Shown here one piece after another: positions 1-7,906 of a stretch of DNA of 64,000 bases. This stretch comes from Planctomycetota bacterium (GTDB lineage: Bacteria > Planctomycetota > UBA1135 > GCA-002748355): contig JALSSW010000070.1 of the NCBI GenBank assembly GCA_026984035.1, positions 571-64,570 of the forward strand, read 5' to 3'. A program made the translations under genes and the position numbers. Below the pieces are notes generated by a model, which saw nothing but the letters and a program-made list of their open reading frames with translations, had not been told where the DNA came from and made no database searches. Numbering within the stretch: the stretch's first letter is position 1; every line of letters begins with the position of its first letter.

Positions 1-630
1 TAAGTGATGACAGCGTTTTAACAGGTTAAACATGACTGATGCATGGGACTCTTGATACCCTTCAAATGAATCCCTTAAGTCAAAATGTGCATCGATTTGG
101 AGAACGGAAAAGGGGAGCTTTTGTTTCTCAAGGGCTAAAAAAGCTCCCAATGCACAGGAATGGTCACCTCCGAGTATCCCCGGGCGTCCCGTTTTTAGCT
201 TTGAGAAGACCCAATCTCGGACCGCTTCTGTTCGAAGGGAGGAAAGTCCTTCCACAATAGAGTGATGGGTGGAAACCCCCGAGGTGGCCCAGGGGGGGCG
301 CTGAAGGCTGTTGGGGTTCGGAAGAATGGGTGTCCCGGAAGTGGCGGCGCGGGCTTGGGCGGCGAGATGGGGGAGCCATGAGAAGGTTGGCTCTAAGCGA
401 ATACCTTTTTCCCAAATGGGGCCGAAAATAGGATCTTCGAGATCTACTTGAAAGGAGGCATGGAGGATGGCCTCGGGAGCTAAGGCCGTACCTGTTCCGT
501 AGGAACAGGTTGCTTCCCAGGGGACGGGGAGAATGGAAATCAGCGGTTCTTTTAAATCGGGAGGTAAGCCGAAGATTCCGTTGTATTGGGCTTTTCCGTT
601 TGGGTCGAAGTTCTTTTGCAAGCTAGGCAT
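1..630 (-). CDS. Arginase/agmatinase-family ureohydrolase, N-terminal ~210 aa (gene runs off the left edge)
   Basis: Not in the ORF track. I checked plus-strand triplets 1-3 through 628-630 and found no TTA, CTA or TCA, so the minus frame is open from ATG (630..628) to the window edge. The translation is MPSLQKNFDPNGKAQYNGIFGLPP...RPGILGGDHSCALGAFLAL...FSVLQIDAHFDLRDSFEGYQESHASVMFN. It carries the GGDHS and DAH.D metal-ligand motifs of the ureohydrolase family. Confidence 0.8.
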   Translation of the reverse strand, partial: MPSLQKNFDPNGKAQYNGIFGLPPDLKEPLISILPVPWEATCSYGTGTALAPEAILHASFQVDLEDPIFGPIWEKGIRLEPTFSWLPHLAAQARAATSGTPILPNPNSLQRPPWATSGVSTHHSIVEGLSSLRTEAVRDWVFSKLKTGRPGILGGDHSCALGAFLALEKQKLPFSVLQIDAHFDLRDSFEGYQESHASVMFNLLKRCHHL

Positions 631-691
631 GTTTCCAATCTTAGCCTCTGAGATTGTGGGCCCGGAATAAGTGGGCTCTTGTTTTTATGAA

Positions 692-726
692 AACAGGCGG
701 CCATCCCTTGGGGAGTGCCGCCTGTT
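692..726 (-). terminator. Hairpin between the secreted-protein gene and the agmatinase-family gene (possible terminator)
   Basis: Perfect 10-bp inverted repeat AACAGGCGGC (692-701) / GCCGCCTGTT (717-726) with a 15-nt loop, 40 bp downstream of the stop at 768. There is no clean U-tract on the minus strand. Confidence 0.3.
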
Positions 727-767
727 CAAGGTTCCTTAGAATGGAGGAACCTAATGTCTGGCTAGAA

Positions 768-1793
768 CTACTTCTTGCAAGTAATCATAAGGCCGTTACT
801 TGTCTTTACATCAAGCCCTTTCCGAGAGAGTCTGATGATTACGTCTTGAACAGCAAAACTCAGATTGCGACCCTTAGGGAGCGGGAGCATGTGGGTCGCT
901 GTTCCAGTGCTGGATGTCCGAAAGATGCGAAAGCCTATTGGCTTTGAAAAGATGAGGCATTTATTTCGAAGAGCTCTCATTTTTCCATTGGGAGAATAGA
1001 GGGTGAGCCCGAAGGATCTTGCGGGAGCTTTGGTGAGAGACAGAGTGACTAAATGCACTCGGTTACCCGTAGCGACCTTGCCGTTGAGAACCGGTCCGCA
1101 GCTGGCAGGTCCTTTTTTAATTGTGCAACTTCCACCCGAAGAAATTTTGGGTGAAAAAGTGATGAGGGCTTTGGCTCCATAACCAATCCTGCCCCTGCCT
1201 TTAAGCATGGCCCCACCTTGACCCCCCACAAGAAAAGTCATCCCTTTTGAATCCAAAGTGACGTCCATTTCTTTGATCACAGGTTTACCTCCAGACTTCC
1301 AGCGGAGGAGGGTTTTTCCAAAGGAAACCGAAAGCGCAGCTGATGCGCCTTTGCTGACTTTTCCGTACAGGACGATCTTGAGTTTTCCCTTGACTGTTTT
1401 TTTAGAGCTGAAGAAATACTTTAACCCAATGGATCCAGGAGCGCCCTTGGTTGCATCTTTGGTGGTATGGGCGCCAGCATTACCTTTGCTGGAAAAGCTA
1501 CTAGCTCTTCCCGAGATGGAAAGGTAAGCGTAGTTGTAGGTGCCATGGGTTCGACTGTGGGCGATGCCCCCTCCACCACTGTTGGAAGCAAAAGCGCCCC
1601 GAACATAAGCTACGTTCCTAAAGTAGCGGCTAAATTTTGTGCCAGCTTTGATGACTTTGATTTGACTGGAGGAGCCGGAATGAGCGACCGCACCGACGAC
1701 GGTGGCCGTTTCTCCACGAACATTGACTTGTGCAGAGAGACTTGCTGCGAGCATTGCGCTCATGGCTAGAACAAAAGGAGTTTGAAGCTTCAT
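768..1793 (-). CDS. Secreted Gly/Ser/Lys-rich protein of unknown function
   Basis: The 393-aa ORF (768..1949) was trimmed to the internal ATG at 1793, where a classical signal peptide starts (MKLQTPFVLAMSAMLAASLSAQ). No family recognised. The C-terminal 40 aa (LPLPKGRNLSFAVQDVII...TSNGLMI) resemble the C-termini of the proteins at 37227..38870 and 56125..57324. Confidence 0.6.
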   Translation of the reverse strand: MKLQTPFVLAMSAMLAASLSAQVNVRGETATVVGAVAHSGSSSQIKVIKAGTKFSRYFRNVAYVRGAFASNSGGGGIAHSRTHGTYNYAYLSISGRASSFSSKGNAGAHTTKDATKGAPGSIGLKYFFSSKKTVKGKLKIVLYGKVSKGASAALSVSFGKTLLRWKSGGKPVIKEMDVTLDSKGMTFLVGGQGGAMLKGRGRIGYGAKALITFSPKISSGGSCTIKKGPASCGPVLNGKVATGNRVHLVTLSLTKAPARSFGLTLYSPNGKMRALRNKCLIFSKPIGFRIFRTSSTGTATHMLPLPKGRNLSFAVQDVIIRLSRKGLDVKTSNGLMITCKK

Positions 1794-1966
1794 CTTGTTG
1801 TTTTCCTTGGATAAGACGAATTGACAGAAAAGGCAGAATGCCCCAGTGGGCGTCGAAAGACGCCACCTGAATGGGCTATTATCCCATGAAGTATAAGAGG
1901 GGACATCCTTTTTCATTCTTGTTACAAGGACAGGAAAGGAAGCCGCCAAATCCGGTTCGAAAATCT

Positions 1967-2461
1967 TTATAAGTTTTTAAAAAGGGTTCCTGCATCCTTT
2001 TGATGAAAAGCAGCTCGCAGCCTCCCTCTCCCGGAGGTCCAGGAATGAGAACGGATCCAAACTCCCATCCCCTTAGAGAGAGGAATCTGGGCAGAGGGGA
2101 TTCCTGTAAGAAGTCCTCCAATCAATCGCCCTAATTGCGGCATATGACCAATTAAGACCAAGTCCTGGCAAGCGGGTAACCCGGCAATTAAATCTGAGGG
2201 ATCCTCATAGGGCCTCAACAGCGATTCGACCTGAAGCTTGGGTGTCCCCCTTAGGGCTGACGATAGAATTTCGGCGGTTTGGCGGGCTCTTGTAAGAGGG
2301 CTTGTGAATATGACAAGGGTTTCTGGAAGGAAGCTGGCCCAGAATCGAGCAGCTTGTTCGAAGGCTTTGGACCCTCTTGGGGTGAGTGCTCGGGCATCAT
2401 CGCCCCCCTCGCTTGCGAAATCCTCAGCTTCCCCGTGCCGAAAAATATAGAGATTTTTCAT
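1967..2461 (-). CDS. sixA: Phosphohistidine phosphatase SixA-like (histidine phosphatase superfamily)
   Basis: The ORF was trimmed to ATG 2461, giving MKNLYIFRHGEAE with the RHG catalytic motif. TSPLTRARQTAEIL and LIGHMPQLG match the SixA layout, and the size is about 164 aa. Confidence 0.75.
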   Translation of the reverse strand: MKNLYIFRHGEAEDFASEGGDDARALTPRGSKAFEQAARFWASFLPETLVIFTSPLTRARQTAEILSSALRGTPKLQVESLLRPYEDPSDLIAGLPACQDLVLIGHMPQLGRLIGGLLTGIPSAQIPLSKGMGVWIRSHSWTSGRGRLRAAFHQKDAGTLFKNL

Positions 2462-2662
2462 AACTTCTTTTTGCTTTGTTTTTATGAAAAAAAGAGTGTT
2501 TTTGGAAACTGTTCGCAGCATGTTACAGTTTGTCCACCCTTCCTCCTCCTCTCTTGGTTTTTTTGGCAACTTTTTTAGACTACATGAATAAGGATTTTTT
2601 CAAACGGGTTTGCTTTTGGAAAGAGTTGGTTTGGGTTCTTCATCTCCGATGAGGTTGGGTGG

Positions 2663-4378
2663 ATGAAACCGGGAGGCACTCATTGGGGTTCAGCGATCGC
2701 TGGCATTCTGTTTGTCCTAGCCGGATGGTTGATCTACCACAACCTTCCCTCCCCAAGATCCTCGCCTAATTCCAGTGCCCCCCCTCCTCTTTCCACATCT
2801 AGGGAAATCAAGGGAGGACAACAAGGTACGGGAGCCCGAAAAAAACGCCCCCCCCTATCCCTCCCTCCTCAGGCTAACCCTGCCCATAAGCCCTTTGAGC
2901 TCTGCCTAAAGGATGCGGTGACCGGCCTGCTCCTAAAGGGGGGCGAAATCTTGGATTTCAGCTCCCAAAAGGTATTGGGTCGAACAGGAAAAGATGGCTG
3001 TCTTTCCCTTAAAGATTTGGATCCAGGCGTTATCCTCATTCATTGTCCTGGCTACTTTTTTTCCCTTATCCCTGAAGATGGACGAAGGATAGGCCGACAA
3101 GGCGGTCGAGTCCTTGTCTCCCTTTTTCCCGCATCCGCTTCCGCCTACGTTGATATCCGAACCGTGTGGCCAAAGGGAATCCCCCAACCCAAGGGGCGCC
3201 TCCGTATCCGGGTGGATCGATATGGTCCACCGAGTGTTGGTGAAAGAAGCTATCCCACGGCCCGTTTCGGTGAAGCCACCCAGGTCTCTCCAGAAGCTCG
3301 CCGTGCTTGGGAAAATCATTCTCTTCTAGCCGACTCAGTTCGGTGTGATGAAAGTTGGTTTCTTGGAGGTTATGGAGGGGTCTCTCTCCCCCCCAGTGGT
3401 GGAAGAATCTACTTTCCTCACCGAGGGAAGTTCCTACTCCGTGCCCGGGATGATAGTGGTAAGTTTTGGGCTCAAGTCACCATCCAGATAAATGGAAGAG
3501 ACCAAGCCCCCATTGTCCTTCATTTCACCAAGGGCCGGGTTCTTTCTTTTTTTATCAAGGACCCCGCTGGTAAACCTGTCCCCAGTGCCAGGGTTCTTCT
3601 CACATTTCCCCGGGAGGTAACAGGGGGACGCTACGAAGATTTAAGTGATGAAAAGGGTTTCGTTCAACTGCAAGGCATTGCAGAAACCCAAGGGGGCCAT
3701 CTCGAGGTTTTTTCCCCCGATTTCAAAGTCAAAAAATTTGAGATGCCTACTTTTCCCAAAAAAAACCTGACCATTCATATGGAGCCCCTTCCCAGCGAGA
3801 GCGTGAGTTTTCTTGTTCAGGAGATAAAGAGCCATAAACCCCTATCCGAAGTTGAGGTTCTTGTGGGAAACCCCGCCCATCCCAATCAAACCAGTAAATC
3901 CGATTCCAGCGGACGTGTTAGGGTCAAATTGATCCGCGGGCAGGTGCGCACTTTTACTTTGCGAAAAAAAGGCTATCTGACTTATGGGGAGCTTCTGGAA
4001 GTAAACCCTGGATTCCCGCTTCCCCGTATTTTTGAAATGGTTCCTGCTGACCCAGAAGCTCAGCGCAAGCTAGGGCTGGTAGCACTCATAAAGGGTACGA
4101 TTTTAAACTCTCGAGGACAGCCCCTCGCTGGAGCTCCTGTTTACTTAGCCGTGAACGGAGAGGGGTTTATTCGTATTCCCAATGCCGTTTCAAGGAGAGT
4201 CATTCGTGGTGCAGTTCCAAAGAGCGTGGTCCAAACCCAGAGTGATTCAAAAGGGAACTTTCTCCTTATCTCAGCCAATACGGGAAAAGCCCGTCTTATA
4301 TGGGGGGGAGAGCCAAGTCAGCAACGTGAATTTGTAGTGAAGCCCGGGCAAGTCTTACATTTCAGGTTGGTTAGATAG
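2663..4378 (+). CDS. Membrane-anchored protein with Pro-rich linker and carboxypeptidase-regulatory-like beta repeats
   Basis: 571-aa ORF with an N-terminal TM helix (AIAGILFVLAGWLIYHNL) and a Pro/Ser-rich linker. Several segments look like CarboxypepD_reg repeats (FFIKDPAGKPVPSARVLL, IKGTILNSRGQPLAGAPVYLAV). The family call comes from remembered motif style only. Confidence 0.5.
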   Translation: MKPGGTHWGSAIAGILFVLAGWLIYHNLPSPRSSPNSSAPPPLSTSREIKGGQQGTGARKKRPPLSLPPQANPAHKPFELCLKDAVTGLLLKGGEILDFSSQKVLGRTGKDGCLSLKDLDPGVILIHCPGYFFSLIPEDGRRIGRQGGRVLVSLFPASASAYVDIRTVWPKGIPQPKGRLRIRVDRYGPPSVGERSYPTARFGEATQVSPEARRAWENHSLLADSVRCDESWFLGGYGGVSLPPSGGRIYFPHRGKFLLRARDDSGKFWAQVTIQINGRDQAPIVLHFTKGRVLSFFIKDPAGKPVPSARVLLTFPREVTGGRYEDLSDEKGFVQLQGIAETQGGHLEVFSPDFKVKKFEMPTFPKKNLTIHMEPLPSESVSFLVQEIKSHKPLSEVEVLVGNPAHPNQTSKSDSSGRVRVKLIRGQVRTFTLRKKGYLTYGELLEVNPGFPLPRIFEMVPADPEAQRKLGLVALIKGTILNSRGQPLAGAPVYLAVNGEGFIRIPNAVSRRVIRGAVPKSVVQTQSDSKGNFLLISANTGKARLIWGGEPSQQREFVVKPGQVLHFRLVR

Positions 4379-4410
4379 ACCTGAAGATTCTTGATCAATA
4401 AAAAAGGTAT

Positions 4411-5106
4411 ATGAAAAATCGTGCGGTTGTTCTTTTCAGTGGGGGGTTGGATTCAACGACTTGTCTTGCTCTTGCGCAGGACCAAGGACGTGAAATCTAT
4501 GCCTTAACCGTCATGTATGGGCAGCGCCATGCTTCAGAGTTAGAGGCTGCCAACCGAATTGCGAAGATCTATTCCCTTCGCGCGCATCGCGTGATTAAGG
4601 TTGATTTGGATCTATTTGGTGGATCAGCATTGACAAGCGAGATCCCCGTCCCCAAGAGGACTTTTTCTACAGAAGGTGAGATCCCTGTAACCTATGTCCC
4701 TGCTCGAAATACGGTTTTTCTTTCGCTCGCTCTTGCTTGGGCAGAAGTTTTGGGTGCCTCCGAAATTTGGATAGGGGTTAACTCTGTTGATTACTCGGGC
4801 TATCCCGACTGTCGTCCAGAGTTTCTAAAGGCTTTTCAGAATCTAGCTCGCCTAGCCACAAAATCCGGTGTCGAGAAAGGGTTATTCCCCAAAATTGTAA
4901 CGCCTCTCCTTGAATGGTCTAAATCACGCATCATTAAAGAGGGCACCAAGCTTGGGGTTCCATACGAGAAGACCTCCACCTGTTATGACCCGGATCCTAA
5001 TGGCTATGCCTGTGGAAGATGTGACGCATGTCATCTTCGTCATCAGGGCTTTCTTGAGGCGGGAATCCCCGATCCAACCAAATACCTTGAACCTCCCTCT
5101 GCATGA
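4411..5106 (+). CDS. queC: 7-cyano-7-deazaguanine synthase QueC
   Basis: AVVLFSGGLDSTTCLA is the PP-loop. The C-terminal zinc cluster is present (CYDPDPNGYACGRCDACHLR). 231 aa. Confidence 0.93.
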   Translation: MKNRAVVLFSGGLDSTTCLALAQDQGREIYALTVMYGQRHASELEAANRIAKIYSLRAHRVIKVDLDLFGGSALTSEIPVPKRTFSTEGEIPVTYVPARNTVFLSLALAWAEVLGASEIWIGVNSVDYSGYPDCRPEFLKAFQNLARLATKSGVEKGLFPKIVTPLLEWSKSRIIKEGTKLGVPYEKTSTCYDPDPNGYACGRCDACHLRHQGFLEAGIPDPTKYLEPPSA

Positions 5107-5270
5107 TGATTTCAGCGGAACCATTTTTCCTTTTCAGATCAGGTCCTGAAACTTTCATCCGTAGCCTTCCAAGGCGCTAAGGCTTGGCCAAAAAAGAACC
5201 AGGTAGAAGTCTCCTGAGCTTTGAACCAATGCAACTCTCCATGATCAAAGGCCAATCAAGGTCGGTCCTT

Positions 5271-6188
5271 TCACACAGAACTGAATCCCCCGAAGTGCAA
5301 ATCGTTAGGAAGTTTCTCCCCGCCTTTGGCAAGAGCGAAGGGCCTGTCTTCGACCTTGGAAATGGGTAAAAAGGGGAAGAGTTCATCGTTGGGAAGCAGG
5401 CAAGCTGTATTTCTTTTTAAAAACTTTGGGAGGTTTCGAAGAAGCCTGGATAAGTCAGGTGTGCTTCCTCCCAGGTCGTGAATCGTCTCGGGGAAATCAA
5501 GTCCTTTTCCCATCGCGGCAAATGCCACAGGTCTCCCTCCAGGGTGGTGGTTCATGAGGACAAAGATACGGGATTGAGGGGTTCTCAAAAAAGCCAGCCA
5601 TTGCTCCCTTGTACGACGGCAAAAAGAACGATTCCCCGCATGTAACAGCTCTAAGCCAGGGATGTCCTCCTCCTTCGCTTCACGAATCAATAAACGGGAG
5701 TCGTCATCATCCGGAAGTCTTCTTTCAATTGGATTTTGGTTTTGGCAAGTGAGGACTACCAGTTTTTCCCGGCCAAATGGCTCAAATCCAAGCTTTCTAT
5801 AAAAACCGGTTTTGTTGGACCAAAGGATAAAGGGAGGTCTTGCGGTTTTTTCGCAAGCACTGATGAGCATCTTCCCCCAACCCTCTCCTCTTCGGTCTGG
5901 ACGGATCCCAACAGAACTGATTAAGGTGACGGAGTAAGGGCGATCCTCAAAGTAAACTTGGGTTGGAAGGATTCCGGCATGTCCCAGCATTCCCTCAGCG
6001 TCTTCAAGAAAAACGTGATGTGCTCCACTATTTTCAAAAACCAGGGGAAGTTCTAATTCCAAGGAGATGGCTTCCTTGGGTCGTAACCAGGAATTGAGGG
6101 TCTTTACCAGAGCTGATTTCTCAGAAGCTGAAAGTTCCTGATTCTGGAGCGTTCCCACACGCACCGCAGGCATTAGGTTGAAAGTCAC
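5271..6188 (-). CDS. GNAT-family N-acetyltransferase, last gene of the flagellar string
   Basis: Acetyl-CoA motif A is present (VGIRPDRRGEGWGKMLISACEK). The start overlaps the stop of the upstream small ORF by 4 nt (6185-6188). Confidence 0.7.
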   Translation of the reverse strand: MTFNLMPAVRVGTLQNQELSASEKSALVKTLNSWLRPKEAISLELELPLVFENSGAHHVFLEDAEGMLGHAGILPTQVYFEDRPYSVTLISSVGIRPDRRGEGWGKMLISACEKTARPPFILWSNKTGFYRKLGFEPFGREKLVVLTCQNQNPIERRLPDDDDSRLLIREAKEEDIPGLELLHAGNRSFCRRTREQWLAFLRTPQSRIFVLMNHHPGGRPVAFAAMGKGLDFPETIHDLGGSTPDLSRLLRNLPKFLKRNTACLLPNDELFPFLPISKVEDRPFALAKGGEKLPNDLHFGGFSSV

Positions 6189-6481
6189 GACTGTTTCCCG
6201 AGAGCTTGGCGGTAGGCATCCTCGAGTTGCCTGCTAAGGTCCATAACAGTCCTATGGGCTTGATCAGCTTTTTCCAGGGCTTTTCCAAATTCCAACAGGG
6301 TTCCTTCTGGGTCTCCATCCCCTTTTCCCGTAAGGCGAATGCGTTGGAGAGATTCCAAAAGATCATCAAACCTGTTAAGCCTCTCGCTTTCTGGGCTCTC
6401 TAGAACCTTTTTTTGATTGGAGACTCCTTGAAGGTCTTGGCTCTTATTTATCTGGTCAAGATGAAGTCTATCGAGATTCAT
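6185..6481 (-). CDS. Small acidic coiled-coil protein, tentatively FliE-like
   Basis: 98 aa, lying 4 nt downstream of flgL. The C-terminus KADQAHRTVMDLSRQLEDAYRQALGKQS aligns by spacing with E. coli FliE [28 protein letters not shown]: KA at the same offset, AY at residues 19-20, and 8 residues after AY in both. Aligned by eye and weak. Confidence 0.4.
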   Translation of the reverse strand: MNLDRLHLDQINKSQDLQGVSNQKKVLESPESERLNRFDDLLESLQRIRLTGKGDGDPEGTLLEFGKALEKADQAHRTVMDLSRQLEDAYRQALGKQS

Positions 6482-6485
6482 TATA

Positions 6486-7904
6486 TTACCTTAAAAAATC
6501 CAATAGGGAGGTTGAAATCACGCGTGCGCCGACTTGGAGAGAGGCTTGATAGGACGTATCCCTTTGTGTCATTTTTAGGATGACTTCAGAGAGATCCACG
6601 TCTTCATCTCGGCTAAGAGCTGCATCCATGGAAAGTTCGAGTCGACCCATGCGATCCTTAGTCGTATCCAGGTTGGCACTCTTGGCCCCTATATTGCGTA
6701 GGCTCTCTAATACCAATTCCCCGACTTTATCGATTTCCCCAATGAGGGCCGTAAGCTGCTTTGCTTGCTCTCCGCCGGAAAGGCCCCCTTTGTTTTGAAG
6801 CAAATCGCGAAGGGCAACAAGGGAGTTGAAAGCATCGTAAGTTCCTTTAAAGCTGATCATCTCCGTTCCCGTCCTAACAATGCTGGTCGCATCCACGGCA
6901 AGGATCTCTCCCTTTGTATCATTTTTGACATGAAGGTTGGTGCTTGAAAAATCTATGTTGGTGTAGGTTCCACCACCGTCCCATGTCATTTTTCCTTCCG
7001 ATGTGAGGGTGCCGGAAACGGATGCTCCTGTGTAGGCGCTCAGATCTAGAAAAACCGAATCCCCGGCGGATGTTTGGATTTGTAAATCCGTACTCGTATT
7101 GTCAAAGGTAACTGGAGTTCCGCCCCCGACAGAAATCGTATTGGGAGGACCCATGGAGATGGTGTATGCAAGGTTTCCCAGAGCCGTGGTTTCCGAACTC
7201 CCAGCAGAAATCCCAGTGGGGAGGTTGCTAAAACCTGTCTGGCTAATGCGCAAAAAAGCTTGGCCACGTCCTGAACTTGCCCCTGTTCCGGCCTTTACTC
7301 CGGTATTTCCCGTGAACTGGATCCCAGACCGATTGGCCTTCATGAAGAGTTGGTCCCCCGGTGTATGAACTTCTACCTCTAACCCCGGAGCGATGGAGAG
7401 GGATACCCCTTGGTTGGCTCCGTTGTATTTGACAAAAGTAGCTTTTTCATTGTCCGTGAGAGTGAAGGCTTGGGTGGATGTTTTGGCGCCACTAAAGAGG
7501 TATCGATCCCCCAGCTTGGAATTCGCGATCCCAACCATTTGCTTCAGAAGCTGGTTCACCTGTGAAGCAAGAGTGTCTCTATCCGTCTGGCTTAGTGTTC
7601 CATTGGCCCCTTGAACCGCGATCTTGCGGGCTTCGGACATAATGTCAGCGGCATCCTGAAACCCGGAGGATGCCGTGTTAAGGATATCTCGGGAGAGGAC
7701 CGCGTTTTGCTGGAAACGCTTTACGCTTTCAATATCATTCCGAAGAGGAAGGATTCGCAAAAAAGCCGCCGGATCGTCCGAAGGACGATTAAGCTCTTTT
7801 CCGGTACTCAATTTTTCTCGGTATTCATTAAGGCTTATTGCATTTCGAGAAATGTCTCTAAGAGCATTATTGAGGAGAATGTTTTGGGTGATTCGAAGAA
7901 CCAT
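6486..7904 (-). CDS. flgL: Flagellar hook-associated protein 3 FlgL
   Basis: Flagellin-type N-terminus (RITQNILLNNALRDISRNAISLNEYREKLSTGKELNRPSDDPAA) and C-terminus. It directly follows flgK with a 2-nt gap. Confidence 0.9.
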   Translation of the reverse strand: MVLRITQNILLNNALRDISRNAISLNEYREKLSTGKELNRPSDDPAAFLRILPLRNDIESVKRFQQNAVLSRDILNTASSGFQDAADIMSEARKIAVQGANGTLSQTDRDTLASQVNQLLKQMVGIANSKLGDRYLFSGAKTSTQAFTLTDNEKATFVKYNGANQGVSLSIAPGLEVEVHTPGDQLFMKANRSGIQFTGNTGVKAGTGASSGRGQAFLRISQTGFSNLPTGISAGSSETTALGNLAYTISMGPPNTISVGGGTPVTFDNTSTDLQIQTSAGDSVFLDLSAYTGASVSGTLTSEGKMTWDGGGTYTNIDFSSTNLHVKNDTKGEILAVDATSIVRTGTEMISFKGTYDAFNSLVALRDLLQNKGGLSGGEQAKQLTALIGEIDKVGELVLESLRNIGAKSANLDTTKDRMGRLELSMDAALSRDEDVDLSEVILKMTQRDTSYQASLQVGARVISTSLLDFLR

Positions 7905-7906
7905 GG

